Below, piece by piece: positions 20,470-30,541 of a stretch of 64,000 nucleotides of DNA; within the stretch, counting starts at the first letter, position 1, and every line of letters begins with the position of its first letter. This DNA comes from an uncultured Pelagibacteraceae bacterium (lineage in GTDB: Bacteria > Pseudomonadota > Alphaproteobacteria > Pelagibacterales > Pelagibacteraceae). Below the pieces are notes generated by a model, which was not told the DNA's origin, did not search any database, and worked only from the letters and a program-made list of their open reading frames with translations. Both the position numbers and the translations under genes were made by a program. The stretch spans positions 27,029 to 91,028 of the forward strand of contig CACLXL010000003.1 of NCBI GenBank assembly GCA_902610975.1. The letters are read 5' to 3'.

Positions 20470-22325
20470 TGTTTAAAGGAGATTTTATACAAAACCTTCC
20501 TAAAATATATGGTACCTACACTGGTGGCTTTATAGTGTTCATCATTTTGATGGCATTAGCAGAGCAAGCAGGGGTGTCAGCTAAAAACATCGGAGTGATG
20601 TTCGTGGCTTTCACGGTATTGATTTATGCCTTAATCGGTTATTTATCAAGAACCATTCAAGTAGATGCCTACTATGTTGCAGGAAGACAAGTGCCAACCG
20701 TATTTAACGGAATGGCAACAGCAGCTGACTGGATGTCAGGTGCATCATTCGTAGCTTTAGCGGGTGGAGTTTACTTTGGTGGCTATACTTATATGGCCTT
20801 CTTAGTAGGTTGGACAGGTGGATACGTACTTGTTGCAACTCTAATGGCTCCGTACCTAAGAAAGTTTGGATGTTACACAGTTCCTGATTTTATCGGAACA
20901 CGATACGGTGGTAATGCAGTGAGAGCTGCATCAGTATTCGTGCTTTTCATAGCATCATTTACTTACGTAACAGCACAAATTAATGCTACGGGAACAATTG
21001 CTTCTAGAGCTCTTGGAATTCCGTTCGAAGCAGGTGTATGGGTAGGATTAATAAGTATCCTTATCTGTTCAATGCTTGGTGGAATGAGAGCCGTAACTTG
21101 GACACAGGTTGCTCAGTACATTGTATTAATCATCGCATACTTAATACCAGTATTCTGGATTAGCTCTAACGTAGGTGGAGGAATTTTCCCTCACTTAATG
21201 TTAGGTGATGAAGTTGCAAGACTTGGCGAACTTGAACAGCAATTTGGACTAGTTAAAAACAGCGCCGCAGATATGAAAGCAGCTGGGGTACCAGGAGGAT
21301 TGAAATACATCTCTGGAACTCACTCTGGAGTACCTGAAGGTGGAATGGCTGTCTGGAAATACTTATCGTTAGCGATTTGTATGATGGTGGGAACTGCATC
21401 GTTACCTCATATCTTAATGAGATACTTTACGACTCCTACAGTAAGAGCAGCAAGAAAATCAGTAGCTTGGTCGCTATTCTTTATTTTCTTACTTTACTCT
21501 TCAGCGCCTATGTTAGCGACATTGTCTAAATTAGCATTAATGGATCCAAATCTACCAACTGGAATTATCGGAAAATCTATTTCTGAAGTTCAGTCGATAG
21601 AGTGGGTACAAAGATGGTCTGAAGTTAAACAAGTATTTATCGCAGACTTTAATGGTGACGGTATACTTCAGTTGAACGAATGGTTCATGAGAGGTGACGT
21701 TGTAGTATTAGCTACTCCAGAAGTAGCGGGTCTACCGTTCGTAATCTCAGGACTAGTGTTCGCTGGTGGTATGGCTGCTGCCATGTCAACTGCCGATGGA
21801 TTAGTTTTAGCGATCTCAAATGCGTTATCACACGACATTTACTACAAAATCATAAATCCAAAAGCGGAAACTGCTAAAAGACTATTAGTTGCTCGTACAC
21901 TTCTAGTAATAATCGGAGCTGCTGGTGCTTACATAGCCTCATTCAGGCTAACAAGTATCTTAGGTTCGGTTGCTTGGGCATTCGACTTTGCAATGTCAGG
22001 TTTATTCTTCCCACTTGTACTTGGTGTATGGTGGAAGAGAGCTACTAGAGAGGGTGCAATCGCTGGTATATTGTCGGGAATTATTTCAGGAACAGTTTAC
22101 TTAACGTGGGTGTTCCCTAAATTCTCAGTTCCAATATGGGGCGGTGTAAATACTCCTTTCTTAGGTATTGATCACTTAAGATTTGGTTTAATTGGAGCAC
22201 CAATTTGTTTAGTTGTAATGGTAGTAGTCAGTTTAATGACTAAAGAGCCAAGTCCAGCTACACAAAAATTAGTAGACGATACAAGAATACCGACAGGTAA
22301 GGCTATTCTTGGTAAGCAACACTAA
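20469..22325 (+). CDS. Sodium:solute symporter, ActP/VC_2705-like (probable acetate/monocarboxylate permease)
   Basis: GMATAADWMSGASF and GTASLPHILMRY motifs; next to acs. Confidence 0.9.
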   Translation: MFKGDFIQNLPKIYGTYTGGFIVFIILMALAEQAGVSAKNIGVMFVAFTVLIYALIGYLSRTIQVDAYYVAGRQVPTVFNGMATAADWMSGASFVALAGGVYFGGYTYMAFLVGWTGGYVLVATLMAPYLRKFGCYTVPDFIGTRYGGNAVRAASVFVLFIASFTYVTAQINATGTIASRALGIPFEAGVWVGLISILICSMLGGMRAVTWTQVAQYIVLIIAYLIPVFWISSNVGGGIFPHLMLGDEVARLGELEQQFGLVKNSAADMKAAGVPGGLKYISGTHSGVPEGGMAVWKYLSLAICMMVGTASLPHILMRYFTTPTVRAARKSVAWSLFFIFLLYSSAPMLATLSKLALMDPNLPTGIIGKSISEVQSIEWVQRWSEVKQVFIADFNGDGILQLNEWFMRGDVVVLATPEVAGLPFVISGLVFAGGMAAAMSTADGLVLAISNALSHDIYYKIINPKAETAKRLLVARTLLVIIGAAGAYIASFRLTSILGSVAWAFDFAMSGLFFPLVLGVWWKRATREGAIAGILSGIISGTVYLTWVFPKFSVPIWGGVNTPFLGIDHLRFGLIGAPICLVVMVVVSLMTKEPSPATQKLVDDTRIPTGKAILGKQH

Positions 22326-22344
22326 TTAACAATTATTTAAAATT

Positions 22345-22376
22345 AAAAGGGGCGAATTTTTCGCCCCTTTTTTTTT
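22345..22376 (+). terminator. Rho-independent terminator
   Basis: AAAAGGGGCGAA-ttt-TTCGCCCC followed by a T9 tract. Confidence 0.9.
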
Positions 22377-22401
22377 ACCTGAATCATGATATTTTAAAAA
22401 T

Positions 22402-22737
22402 ATGATTCCAACTTGGGCAATTGTATTAGATTATATATTAGGCACCATAATGTGGACTCTAATCGGCCGTGCTTTTATGAATATTTTTCAAAGGGAAGAC
22501 TCAACTTTTTTTTTCATGAGAGTCTTTGTAAAATATACAAACCCAATTATTAATTTGTTTAAGTTTATAACTCCTAGTTTTCTTTTTGGGCCATTTATAG
22601 CCCTATATGTAGCTTGGTTCTTCTATCTCTTCAGGTTCTACGCAATGCCATACATACTTGGATATGACGTGTGGGGAATGCTTGCTTTTCCATTAGAAAG
22701 CGATTTTTCAAGACAATTATATCAACTGTTTAATTAA
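22402..22737 (+). CDS. Hypothetical membrane protein (YggT-like)
   Basis: DYILGTIMWTLIGR...TNPII..FITP; hydrophobic. Confidence 0.65.
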   Translation: MIPTWAIVLDYILGTIMWTLIGRAFMNIFQREDSTFFFMRVFVKYTNPIINLFKFITPSFLFGPFIALYVAWFFYLFRFYAMPYILGYDVWGMLAFPLESDFSRQLYQLFN

Positions 22738-22780
22738 GCTAATTTTTTGACAAAGTTTAGTATTAAAATATAAGTAAAGA

Positions 22781-23443
22781 ATGACTGACACTATCAAAAT
22801 TTCACCGTCTATATTATCTGCAGATTTTAGTAAATTAGGTAGTGAAGTGATCTCACTGGAAAAAGCTGGTGCAGATTACATTCACATTGATGTTATGGAT
22901 GGGCATTTTGTTCCAAATTTAACTATAGGCCCTGAAGTAATAAAAAAACTTAGACCTCTTACAAAAAAAATATTTGATGTACACTTAATGATATCGCCAG
23001 TAGATAATTTTATTAAAAATTTTGCTAATGCTGGGGCTGATATTATTACTTTTCACCCAGAGGCAACCAAAGACACAGCGAAAACGATTGATCTTATTAA
23101 AAAAGAGGGAAAAAAAGTAGGAATTTCACTTAAGCCAAATTCTAAAATAGATTTAGTGGAAGAATATTTAAATAATATTGATTTAGTTTTAATAATGAGT
23201 GTTGAACCAGGATTTGGTGGCCAAAAATTTATGCCTGAAGTTTTAGAAAAAACCAAGCGACTAAAAGAAATTATTAATAATAAAAAATTAGATGTTGATA
23301 TAGAAATTGACGGAGGCATTAATTTTGAAAATTGCACATTAGCTAAACAGGCCGGAGCTAATATTCTTGTCTCAGGATCAACAATCTTCAGAGAAAATAA
23401 AGGTGATCTCAAAAAAAATATAGAAATTCTTAGAAAAAATTGA
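22781..23443 (+). CDS. rpe: Ribulose-phosphate 3-epimerase
   Basis: HIDVMDGHFVPN and MSVEPGFGGQ motifs. Confidence 0.97.
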   Translation: MTDTIKISPSILSADFSKLGSEVISLEKAGADYIHIDVMDGHFVPNLTIGPEVIKKLRPLTKKIFDVHLMISPVDNFIKNFANAGADIITFHPEATKDTAKTIDLIKKEGKKVGISLKPNSKIDLVEEYLNNIDLVLIMSVEPGFGGQKFMPEVLEKTKRLKEIINNKKLDVDIEIDGGINFENCTLAKQAGANILVSGSTIFRENKGDLKKNIEILRKN

Positions 23444-23446
23444 TTA

Positions 23447-25090
23447 ATGTTTGGCTTAAAAAGTGCCTATCTTTATGTAGTTGCTATCAGCATAACTGTT
23501 ATAAAATTTTTTAAAAAAATTTATTTCTTATCTAAACATTATAATAACTCTTTAATTTCAAAAGTGCCCGCTCAGGTATATTTTAACCCAAATCCTTTTT
23601 TACTTTCTATAATTTCACCGTACAGAAAGAAAACTTTTAAGATAAATGAAATTAACCCTAATGACTTTTGGATTGAAAATAAAAATAAAGATATAGCCTA
23701 CCATCACAATTTTTTATGGCTTAGTCTAATTGATAGAAAAATAGACGGTAAAAATATTCAGAGAATTATTTATCTTTGGATGCTAAAATATTCAAATTTT
23801 AAAAAAAAAATTTGGGAGACTTCTACACTTAGTACAAGAGTTATAAGTTGGATACTTAACATCGATACAATTATAAATAACGGGACATTTGAGTTTAAAA
23901 AAAATTTTTTCCAAAGTGTGATACTTCAATGTAATCATTTAAAAAAAAATGTAAAATTTGAAAAAAATCCACAAAAAAAAATAGAAATTCTTACTGCCTT
24001 AATATTATCAGGTATAGTTTTTAAAGAATATGAAAGTAATTATAATGCGGGAATCAAGGAACTTGAAAAATTTGTAATAACTAATTTTGATGAAAACGGT
24101 TATCCATTTACTAGAAACCCAAATGATTTAATTTTTTTTACTAAATACCTTCTTTTATGCTACGAAAATATAAAAGATGCACAGCAATATCTGCCTGATT
24201 TCCTTGATAATATAATTAAGCAAAATTTAAAATGTATAAAATTCTTTAAGACACCAGGAGAACAAATGCCTCTTTTTAACGGTGCTACTGAAAGTAATCT
24301 CAGTAATTTTAATAAATATTTAGAAAATATCAAAATAAATAAAACTGAGAAAAATATTATAATTGGTGGAATATTTTGTGCAAAATCAAAAAATCAAGTT
24401 TTATATTTTGATGTTGGATCACCTCCAAGCAAAGACTTTTCAAAAAATTATCAGTCTGGACCTCTTTCTTTTGAATATTTTATAGATGGAATAAAAATAA
24501 TCACAAACTGTGGTTTTGGAAAGGATATCTCACCTAAGGTAGAACTTCTTAGTAGACTCACTGCAAGTCAATCGACCATGACAATAAATGATACAAGTAT
24601 TACAAAGTTTGAGAGAAATATGCTTATCAATAACGTTTTTGGAAATTCTATCAAAAATACCTTTAAAGTATCTGATTTTAAAGTTAAGGATGAAGATAAT
24701 TTTACCGGCTGTTCTATAACGCATAATGGGTATGAAAAAAACTTTAGTTGTATTCATAAAAGGGAGATTTATTTAGACCATGAAAATATTAAAATCAAAG
24801 GAGTAGACCATATCTTAAAGAAAAGTGATGGGATCCCAATAAGATACGTTTTCAGATTTCATTTAAATCCACAACTCAAAGCAGTAAAAACTATGAGTGG
24901 AAATAGTGCGTTAATTCAAATTTCTAAGAATAAGTCATTAATTTTTACAATTAAAGAAGAAAATATTGAAATAGAGAAAAGCATTTATTTAGCGGGGAAA
25001 AAAATATTAGATAATACTTGTTTAACGATTTCTGGTAATCTAGTTAATAAAGATAAATCATTTAGTTGGGAAATTAAAAAGAAAATATAA
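23447..25090 (+). CDS. Heparinase II/III family protein
   Basis: MPLFNG, GPLSFE and HNGYE motifs; usual position upstream of purH in alphaproteobacteria. Confidence 0.75.
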   Translation: MFGLKSAYLYVVAISITVIKFFKKIYFLSKHYNNSLISKVPAQVYFNPNPFLLSIISPYRKKTFKINEINPNDFWIENKNKDIAYHHNFLWLSLIDRKIDGKNIQRIIYLWMLKYSNFKKKIWETSTLSTRVISWILNIDTIINNGTFEFKKNFFQSVILQCNHLKKNVKFEKNPQKKIEILTALILSGIVFKEYESNYNAGIKELEKFVITNFDENGYPFTRNPNDLIFFTKYLLLCYENIKDAQQYLPDFLDNIIKQNLKCIKFFKTPGEQMPLFNGATESNLSNFNKYLENIKINKTEKNIIIGGIFCAKSKNQVLYFDVGSPPSKDFSKNYQSGPLSFEYFIDGIKIITNCGFGKDISPKVELLSRLTASQSTMTINDTSITKFERNMLINNVFGNSIKNTFKVSDFKVKDEDNFTGCSITHNGYEKNFSCIHKREIYLDHENIKIKGVDHILKKSDGIPIRYVFRFHLNPQLKAVKTMSGNSALIQISKNKSLIFTIKEENIEIEKSIYLAGKKILDNTCLTISGNLVNKDKSFSWEIKKKI

Positions 25091-25092
25091 CA

Positions 25093-26643
25093 ATGAACTT
25101 AAAAATTAAAAATGCTTTAGTATCAGTATCTGACAAAGAAAATTTGATTTCTTTACTAAAAACTCTTAAAAAATTTAATATTAAGATTATAAGCTCCGGC
25201 GGGACGTTTAATGCTATAAAAAAACTTGGCTACGATTGTACTGAATTATCTAAATATACTGGCTTTAAAGAAATGTTAGATGGAAGAGTAAAAACACTTC
25301 ATCCTAAAATACATGCAGGTATTTTACATGATAGACAAAATAAAACTCACAAGCATCAAATGTCTAAACAGAAGTTTCCTCCGATAGATTTAATTGTAGT
25401 AAATTTTTATCCTTTTCAAAAAGTGGTAATGGGATCTAAAAACTCAAAAAACATTATTGAAAATATAGATATTGGGGGACCAACAATGGTTCGAGCGGCA
25501 GCCAAAAATTTTAAAAATGTTACAATTGTTACTAACAAAAATGACTATAAGACTCTAATAAAAGAGTTAGAGCTAAATAGGGGTGGAACAAGCATTAAAT
25601 TTAGAGAATTTATGTCATCAAAAGCTTTTGGGTTAACCGCATACTACGATGCAATGATAGCAGACTGGTTTAATAATAAACTTAATATTCAATTTCCTGA
25701 TAGAAAAACAATATTTGGAAGGAAACTAACTAATCTAAGATATGGTGAAAATCCCCATCAAGAAAGTTCAATTTATATAAATGATTACGATGATAAACGA
25801 CTTGGTTTTGAAAAAATACACGGAAAGGAATTAAGCTATAATAACTATAATGATTTATTTGCTGGGTTAGACATTTTACAATCAATCAAAGGTAAAGCTG
25901 CCACAGTAGTAATAAAACATGCCAACCCTTGTGGTATATCAACAAATAAAAAACCTCTGAATAGTTTTAAAAGCGCTTATGCATGTGATCCAATAAGTGC
26001 ATTTGGAGGTGTAATAGCTTGTAACTATAAAATGACTAAAGCAATCGCTAACGAGATAGCAAAAAATTTTCTTGAAGTAATTTTATCTAAAGGTTTTGAT
26101 AAAGAATCTCTTAAAATTTTGAAAAGAAAAAAAAATTTAAGAATTATTGATATCTCCAAGTTTAAATATAAAGAGCATGCTGTTATAAAATCTTTTGACG
26201 GTTCTTTTTTAATTCAAAATAAAAATAATAAATTTGTAAAAAAAAAAGAATTTAAATGTGTAACAAAATTAAAACCAAGTAAAAAGGAGCTAAATGAGAT
26301 AGAATTTGCATTTAATATTTGTAAATATGTGAAATCTAATGCAATAGTATTATGTAATAATTATTCTACAATTGGAATAGGTGGTGGACAACCAAGTAGA
26401 GTAGATAGTTGTAAGATTGCAATTCAAAAAGCTAAAAAATTTCAATTGAATAAAATTTCTAATTCAATAGCAGCTTCAGACGCTTTTTTTCCATTTGTTG
26501 ATGGATTAAAGTTATTAGTTAACGCTGGTATCAAAACTGTGATTCAACCTGGAGGCTCTTTGAGAGATAAAGAAATTATTAATTATGCTAACAAAGCAAA
26601 AATTAAAATGTTATTTACTGGTACACGACATTTCTATCATTAA
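25093..26643 (+). CDS. purH: Bifunctional AICAR transformylase/IMP cyclohydrolase
   Basis: GRVKTLHP, IDIGGP and LRYGENPHQ motifs. Confidence 0.97.
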   Translation: MNLKIKNALVSVSDKENLISLLKTLKKFNIKIISSGGTFNAIKKLGYDCTELSKYTGFKEMLDGRVKTLHPKIHAGILHDRQNKTHKHQMSKQKFPPIDLIVVNFYPFQKVVMGSKNSKNIIENIDIGGPTMVRAAAKNFKNVTIVTNKNDYKTLIKELELNRGGTSIKFREFMSSKAFGLTAYYDAMIADWFNNKLNIQFPDRKTIFGRKLTNLRYGENPHQESSIYINDYDDKRLGFEKIHGKELSYNNYNDLFAGLDILQSIKGKAATVVIKHANPCGISTNKKPLNSFKSAYACDPISAFGGVIACNYKMTKAIANEIAKNFLEVILSKGFDKESLKILKRKKNLRIIDISKFKYKEHAVIKSFDGSFLIQNKNNKFVKKKEFKCVTKLKPSKKELNEIEFAFNICKYVKSNAIVLCNNYSTIGIGGGQPSRVDSCKIAIQKAKKFQLNKISNSIAASDAFFPFVDGLKLLVNAGIKTVIQPGGSLRDKEIINYANKAKIKMLFTGTRHFYH

Positions 26644-26979
26644 TTAAATTTGATCAATTTTTGCTGCTAGAACAAAATCACTTTCTGCCAAACCTTTTAT
26701 CGCGTGTGTGAAAATTTTTATGTTGCAATAACCCCAGCCAAAATTTATATCGGGATGATGATTTTCATTTTCAGCTATTTGGCCAACTTTATTAACAAAA
26801 TTTTGACTTTCTTTAAAATTTTTAAATTTAAAATTTTTTATTAGATAATAGCTTTTATCATCATTACTTTTCACATCCCACCCGTCAACTTTTTTCAAGT
26901 AATTGTGAATTTCACTTTTATCAAAAGGAGGAATATTTCCTTCACAAGGAACACATTTTTTATTTGCTAAATCACTCAT
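26644..26979 (-). CDS. Pterin-4a-carbinolamine dehydratase
   Basis: CVPCEG and ENHHPDI motifs; true start MSDLANKK at 26979. Confidence 0.92.
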   Translation of the reverse strand: MSDLANKKCVPCEGNIPPFDKSEIHNYLKKVDGWDVKSNDDKSYYLIKNFKFKNFKESQNFVNKVGQIAENENHHPDINFGWGYCNIKIFTHAIKGLAESDFVLAAKIDQI

Positions 26980-26985
26980 TTTATC

Positions 26986-27060
26986 TGGAGCGGGCAAAGG
27001 GACTTGAACCCTCGACCTTCTCGTTGGCAACGAGACGCTCTACCACTGAGCTATGCCCGC
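26986..27060 (-). tRNA. tRNA-Gly(GCC)
   Basis: GCGGGCATAGCTCAGTGGTAGAGCGTCTCGTTGCCAACGAGAAGGTCGAGGGTTCAAGTCCCTTTGCCCGCTCCA: cloverleaf, GCC anticodon, encoded CCA. Confidence 0.97.
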
Positions 27061-27153
27061 AATATTACTTAAATTATAGTACACAGCATCTAGAACGGTC
27101 AACCATTATAAAATGTCGCTATCGATAAAATAGTTTTTTTATTATAATAAGAT

Positions 27154-27771
27154 ATGAAAAGTTTTCCTGAAATAATTCCGATTTTTCCATTAAGTGGTGT
27201 AATCTACTTTCCCAAGACAAATCTTCCTTTAAATATATTTGAACAAAGATATTTGGACCTTGTAACCGACTGCCATAATAATAATAAATTAATGGGTATG
27301 GTGCAGTCACAAAAAGATAGTAATGATGTTTATAGCGTTGGATGTTTAGGAAAAATTAGTGATTTTCAAGAAAACAAAGATGGAAGAATTCTTATTAATT
27401 TGACAGGAATAACGAGATTTAAAATCTTAAAAGAAGTAGAGAATAAAAAAAGATATAGGGAATTTAAAGTTAATTATAAAATATTTGAGGCAGACCTTCA
27501 AAATGTGATCAGTAATGAAAATACTGAGAGTTTAATGGATAAAGCGAAAATTTTTTTTAAAAAAAATGGATTGTTACTAAACTGGCGTGAGTTTGAAAAA
27601 TTAGATAAGATCCAAAAAATAAATACTTTATCAATGATATCCCCTGTTACAAATGAGGAAAAACAAAAACTTTTGGAGTCTTTAACTTTTAAAGATAAAG
27701 TTGAAACTTTAGAAAATATTATTAGTTTTTATTTACACGAAGTAAATTTTAACAATCAAACTGTTCAATAG
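27154..27771 (+). CDS. LON peptidase substrate-binding domain protein
   Basis: IPIFPL and LPLNIFEQRY motifs; no AAA+ or protease domain. Confidence 0.9.
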   Translation: MKSFPEIIPIFPLSGVIYFPKTNLPLNIFEQRYLDLVTDCHNNNKLMGMVQSQKDSNDVYSVGCLGKISDFQENKDGRILINLTGITRFKILKEVENKKRYREFKVNYKIFEADLQNVISNENTESLMDKAKIFFKKNGLLLNWREFEKLDKIQKINTLSMISPVTNEEKQKLLESLTFKDKVETLENIISFYLHEVNFNNQTVQ

Positions 27772-27775
27772 TTTT

Positions 27776-29050
27776 TTAATTTGCAGATTTATTCATTGAA
27801 TCGAAAAAATCAGAATTATTTTTCGTATTCTTAAGTTTAGAAATTAAAAACTCTATTCCATCCATCGTTCCCATAGGACTTATGATTCTTCTTAACACAT
27901 TCATTTTGGAAAGCTCGTCTTTTGCGAATAACAGTTCTTCTCTTCTTGTACCTGACCTTGTTATATCCAAAGCTGGGTAAATTCTTTTATCGGCAACTTT
28001 TCTATCAAGAATCAATTCTGAATTACCTGTTCCCTTAAATTCCTCAAATATCACTTCGTCCATTCGACTACCTGTATCGATAAGAGCAGTTGAAATAATT
28101 GTTAATGATCCGCCCTCTTCTACATTTCTAGCTGCTCCGAAAAATCTTTTTGGTCTTTGAAGTGCATTTGCGTCTACTCCACCAGTTAACACTTTACCAG
28201 AACTTGGAATAACCGCATTATAAGCTCTGCCTAGCCTAGTTATAGAATCTAATAGTATTACAACATCCTTTTTATGTTCTACTAGCCTTTTTGCTTTTTC
28301 AATAACCATTTCCGCTACAGCAACGTGTCTAGATGCGGGCTCGTCAAATGTTGATGCTACAACTTCTCCTTTGACCGATCTTTGCATATCAGTAACCTCC
28401 TCTGGTCTTTCATCAATTAATAAGACCATAAGGTAGCATTCCGGATGATTTGCTGTAATAGATTGAGCAATATTTTGAAGAATTATAGTTTTTCCGGCTC
28501 TAGGAGGCGATACTATTAATGATCTTTGCCCTTTTCCAATTGGACTTACTAAATCAATAAGTCTAGCAGTATTGTCGGGTTTTTTTTCAATTTTAGTAGT
28601 CTCTACCTCTAATTTTATTCTTTGATTTGGGTATAAAGGCGTTAAATTATCAAAAGCAATTTTATTTTTTCCTTTTTCTGTCTCATCAAAATTAATCTTA
28701 TTAACTTTTAGTAAAGCGAAGTATCTTTCTGCATCTTTCGGTCCTCTGATTTCTCCTTCTACAGAGTCGCCTGTTCTTAATCCAAACCTTCTTATCTGGC
28801 TGGGACTGACATAAATATCGTCGGGACCGGGAAGATAGTTTGACTCGATTGCTCTTAAAAAACCAAATCCATCTTGTAAGACTTCTAGAACTCCAGTTGC
28901 AGTGATTTGTTCGTTCTTTTCAGCTAATTTCTTTAAAATGGCAAAAAGTATTTCTTGTTTTCTTAAAGTGCTAGGATTTTCAATACCTAGCTTTTCAGCT
29001 TCAATAATAAGCTCTGCGGGGTTTTTTTGCTTAAGTTCTTGTAAGTTCAT
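27776..29050 (-). CDS. rho: Transcription termination factor Rho
   Basis: [18 protein letters not shown] and EEFKGTGN motifs. Confidence 0.98.
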   Translation of the reverse strand: MNLQELKQKNPAELIIEAEKLGIENPSTLRKQEILFAILKKLAEKNEQITATGVLEVLQDGFGFLRAIESNYLPGPDDIYVSPSQIRRFGLRTGDSVEGEIRGPKDAERYFALLKVNKINFDETEKGKNKIAFDNLTPLYPNQRIKLEVETTKIEKKPDNTARLIDLVSPIGKGQRSLIVSPPRAGKTIILQNIAQSITANHPECYLMVLLIDERPEEVTDMQRSVKGEVVASTFDEPASRHVAVAEMVIEKAKRLVEHKKDVVILLDSITRLGRAYNAVIPSSGKVLTGGVDANALQRPKRFFGAARNVEEGGSLTIISTALIDTGSRMDEVIFEEFKGTGNSELILDRKVADKRIYPALDITRSGTRREELLFAKDELSKMNVLRRIISPMGTMDGIEFLISKLKNTKNNSDFFDSMNKSAN

Positions 29051-29081
29051 GAGATTCTTTAAAAAAAGGAAAGTAAATTGA

Positions 29082-29108
29082 ATATATGTCTTTTTTGAAA
29101 AATTTCAA
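29082..29108 (-). promoter_or_regulatory. Putative RpoH-type promoter of rho
   Basis: Minus strand TTGAA-N15-CATATAT. Confidence 0.4.
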
Positions 29109-29115
29109 CCCCTAA

Positions 29116-29547
29116 TTACAAGGGTTTAAATATAACTACAAATATAACTAATATAAGTATTATAGTTGGAATTTCGTTATATATTCTGAAAAATCTTGAT
29201 GTTTTTTGATTATTATTTATCGAAAAATCCTTTAGGTATTTACCCAAAGTAAAATGATAATAACTCAAAATTATAACGGCGGCTGTTTTTATTTGCATCC
29301 ATAATTCCAAAAAAATTGAAAAACCTAAGCTATGAATGAGCAATATCCCAAACAACCAAGAAAGCAACATTGCGGGCATCATTATATAATTATAAAGCCT
29401 CTTTTCCATAACTTTGAAAATTTCTCTTTGAGAGTCATGATGTGCCTCCGAATGATATACAAATATTCTTGGTAAATATAAAAGTCCTGCCATCCAAGAA
29501 ATAACTGCGATTAAATGAAGTGATTTAAATAGTAAGTATAAATTCAT
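29116..29547 (-). CDS. hemJ: Protoporphyrinogen oxidase HemJ
   Basis: WMAGLLYLPRIFVYH and NEIPT motifs. Confidence 0.95.
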   Translation of the reverse strand: MNLYLLFKSLHLIAVISWMAGLLYLPRIFVYHSEAHHDSQREIFKVMEKRLYNYIMMPAMLLSWLFGILLIHSLGFSIFLELWMQIKTAAVIILSYYHFTLGKYLKDFSINNNQKTSRFFRIYNEIPTIILILVIFVVIFKPL

Positions 29548-29548
29548 A

Positions 29549-30541
29549 CTATAAATATTTATTAATTAGTTTTTCAAATAAATCAATATGATCTGAACTA
29601 TCATTTAAACATGGAACTAACTCAAAATTTTTACCACCGTTTTCGATGAAGCTTTCTCTTCCTTGAATATTAATTTCTTCTAAAGTTTCAACACAATCTG
29701 AGGCAAAACCAGGACATACCACTAGAATATTTTTAATTCCCTCGCTTGGAAGTTTCTCTAACGTTTTGTCGGTATAAGGCTTTAACCATTCTTGAGGTCC
29801 AAACCTTGATTGAAAAGTTGTCTGTATATCAATTTTTCCAAATTTTTCTTTCATTAGTCTAGTGGTCTTATGACAATAACAATGGTAAGGATCTCCTTTA
29901 TCAAAATATGATTTTGGTATTCCATGGTAAGAAGAAATTATTAAATCAGGCTTCCATTTAATTTCACTAATCTTTTTTTCAATACTATTAATTAGGGCGC
30001 TTATGTATAATGGTTCGCTTTCATAATGAGGAACAATTTGTAAGCTTGGCTGCCATCTCATTTTCATTAGAGATTTATAAACTTCATCACAAACTGTTGC
30101 AGTCGTAGCCGCAGCATATTGGGGATATAATGGTAAAATTACAATATTTTCACATCCAACATTTTTAAGGATATTCAGTTTTGATTTAATGCTAGGATTG
30201 CCATATCTCATGGCAAAATCTACAATAATTTTTTCATTTCCAATTTTTTTGTTGAGTTTATCTGCTTGATTTTTAGTGAAAAATAATAGAGGTGACTCAT
30301 TACTTTCTTTTCTCCAAATTTTTTTATACGCATGAGCTGTTTTTGAGGGCCTAAAAGTTAGAATAAATAAATTTAGTATGATTTGCCAAATGAGTGGGTT
30401 TATTTCTATAACTCTTCTATCAGATAAGAATTCTTTAAGGTATTTTCTAATATCCCACCAATTAGTTGAGTCTGGTGTACCAAGATTGATAATTAAAATC
30501 CCAGTTTTACCAAAGTTTACCTTGGGGTGGTCTTTATCCAT
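29549..30541 (-). CDS. hemH: Ferrochelatase
   Basis: NLGTPD, SYHGIP and DCVETLEEI motifs. Confidence 0.97.
   Translation of the reverse strand: MDKDHPKVNFGKTGILIINLGTPDSTNWWDIRKYLKEFLSDRRVIEINPLIWQIILNLFILTFRPSKTAHAYKKIWRKESNESPLLFFTKNQADKLNKKIGNEKIIVDFAMRYGNPSIKSKLNILKNVGCENIVILPLYPQYAAATTATVCDEVYKSLMKMRWQPSLQIVPHYESEPLYISALINSIEKKISEIKWKPDLIISSYHGIPKSYFDKGDPYHCYCHKTTRLMKEKFGKIDIQTTFQSRFGPQEWLKPYTDKTLEKLPSEGIKNILVVCPGFASDCVETLEEINIQGRESFIENGGKNFELVPCLNDSSDHIDLFEKLINKYL

Noticed and set aside
23447-25090. Heparinase-like gene as an acquired polysaccharide-degradation function
   Set aside because: It sits in its usual alphaproteobacterial position next to purH, with no transporter or CAZyme neighbours.
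26980-27030. ORF-track N-terminus MPTRRSRVQVPLPAPDK of the pterin dehydratase
   Set aside because: It is translated tRNA-Gly sequence; the real start is 26979.
26986-27153. tRNA-Gly as a possible island integration site
   Set aside because: No integrase, duplicated tRNA 3' end or compositional shift seen nearby.
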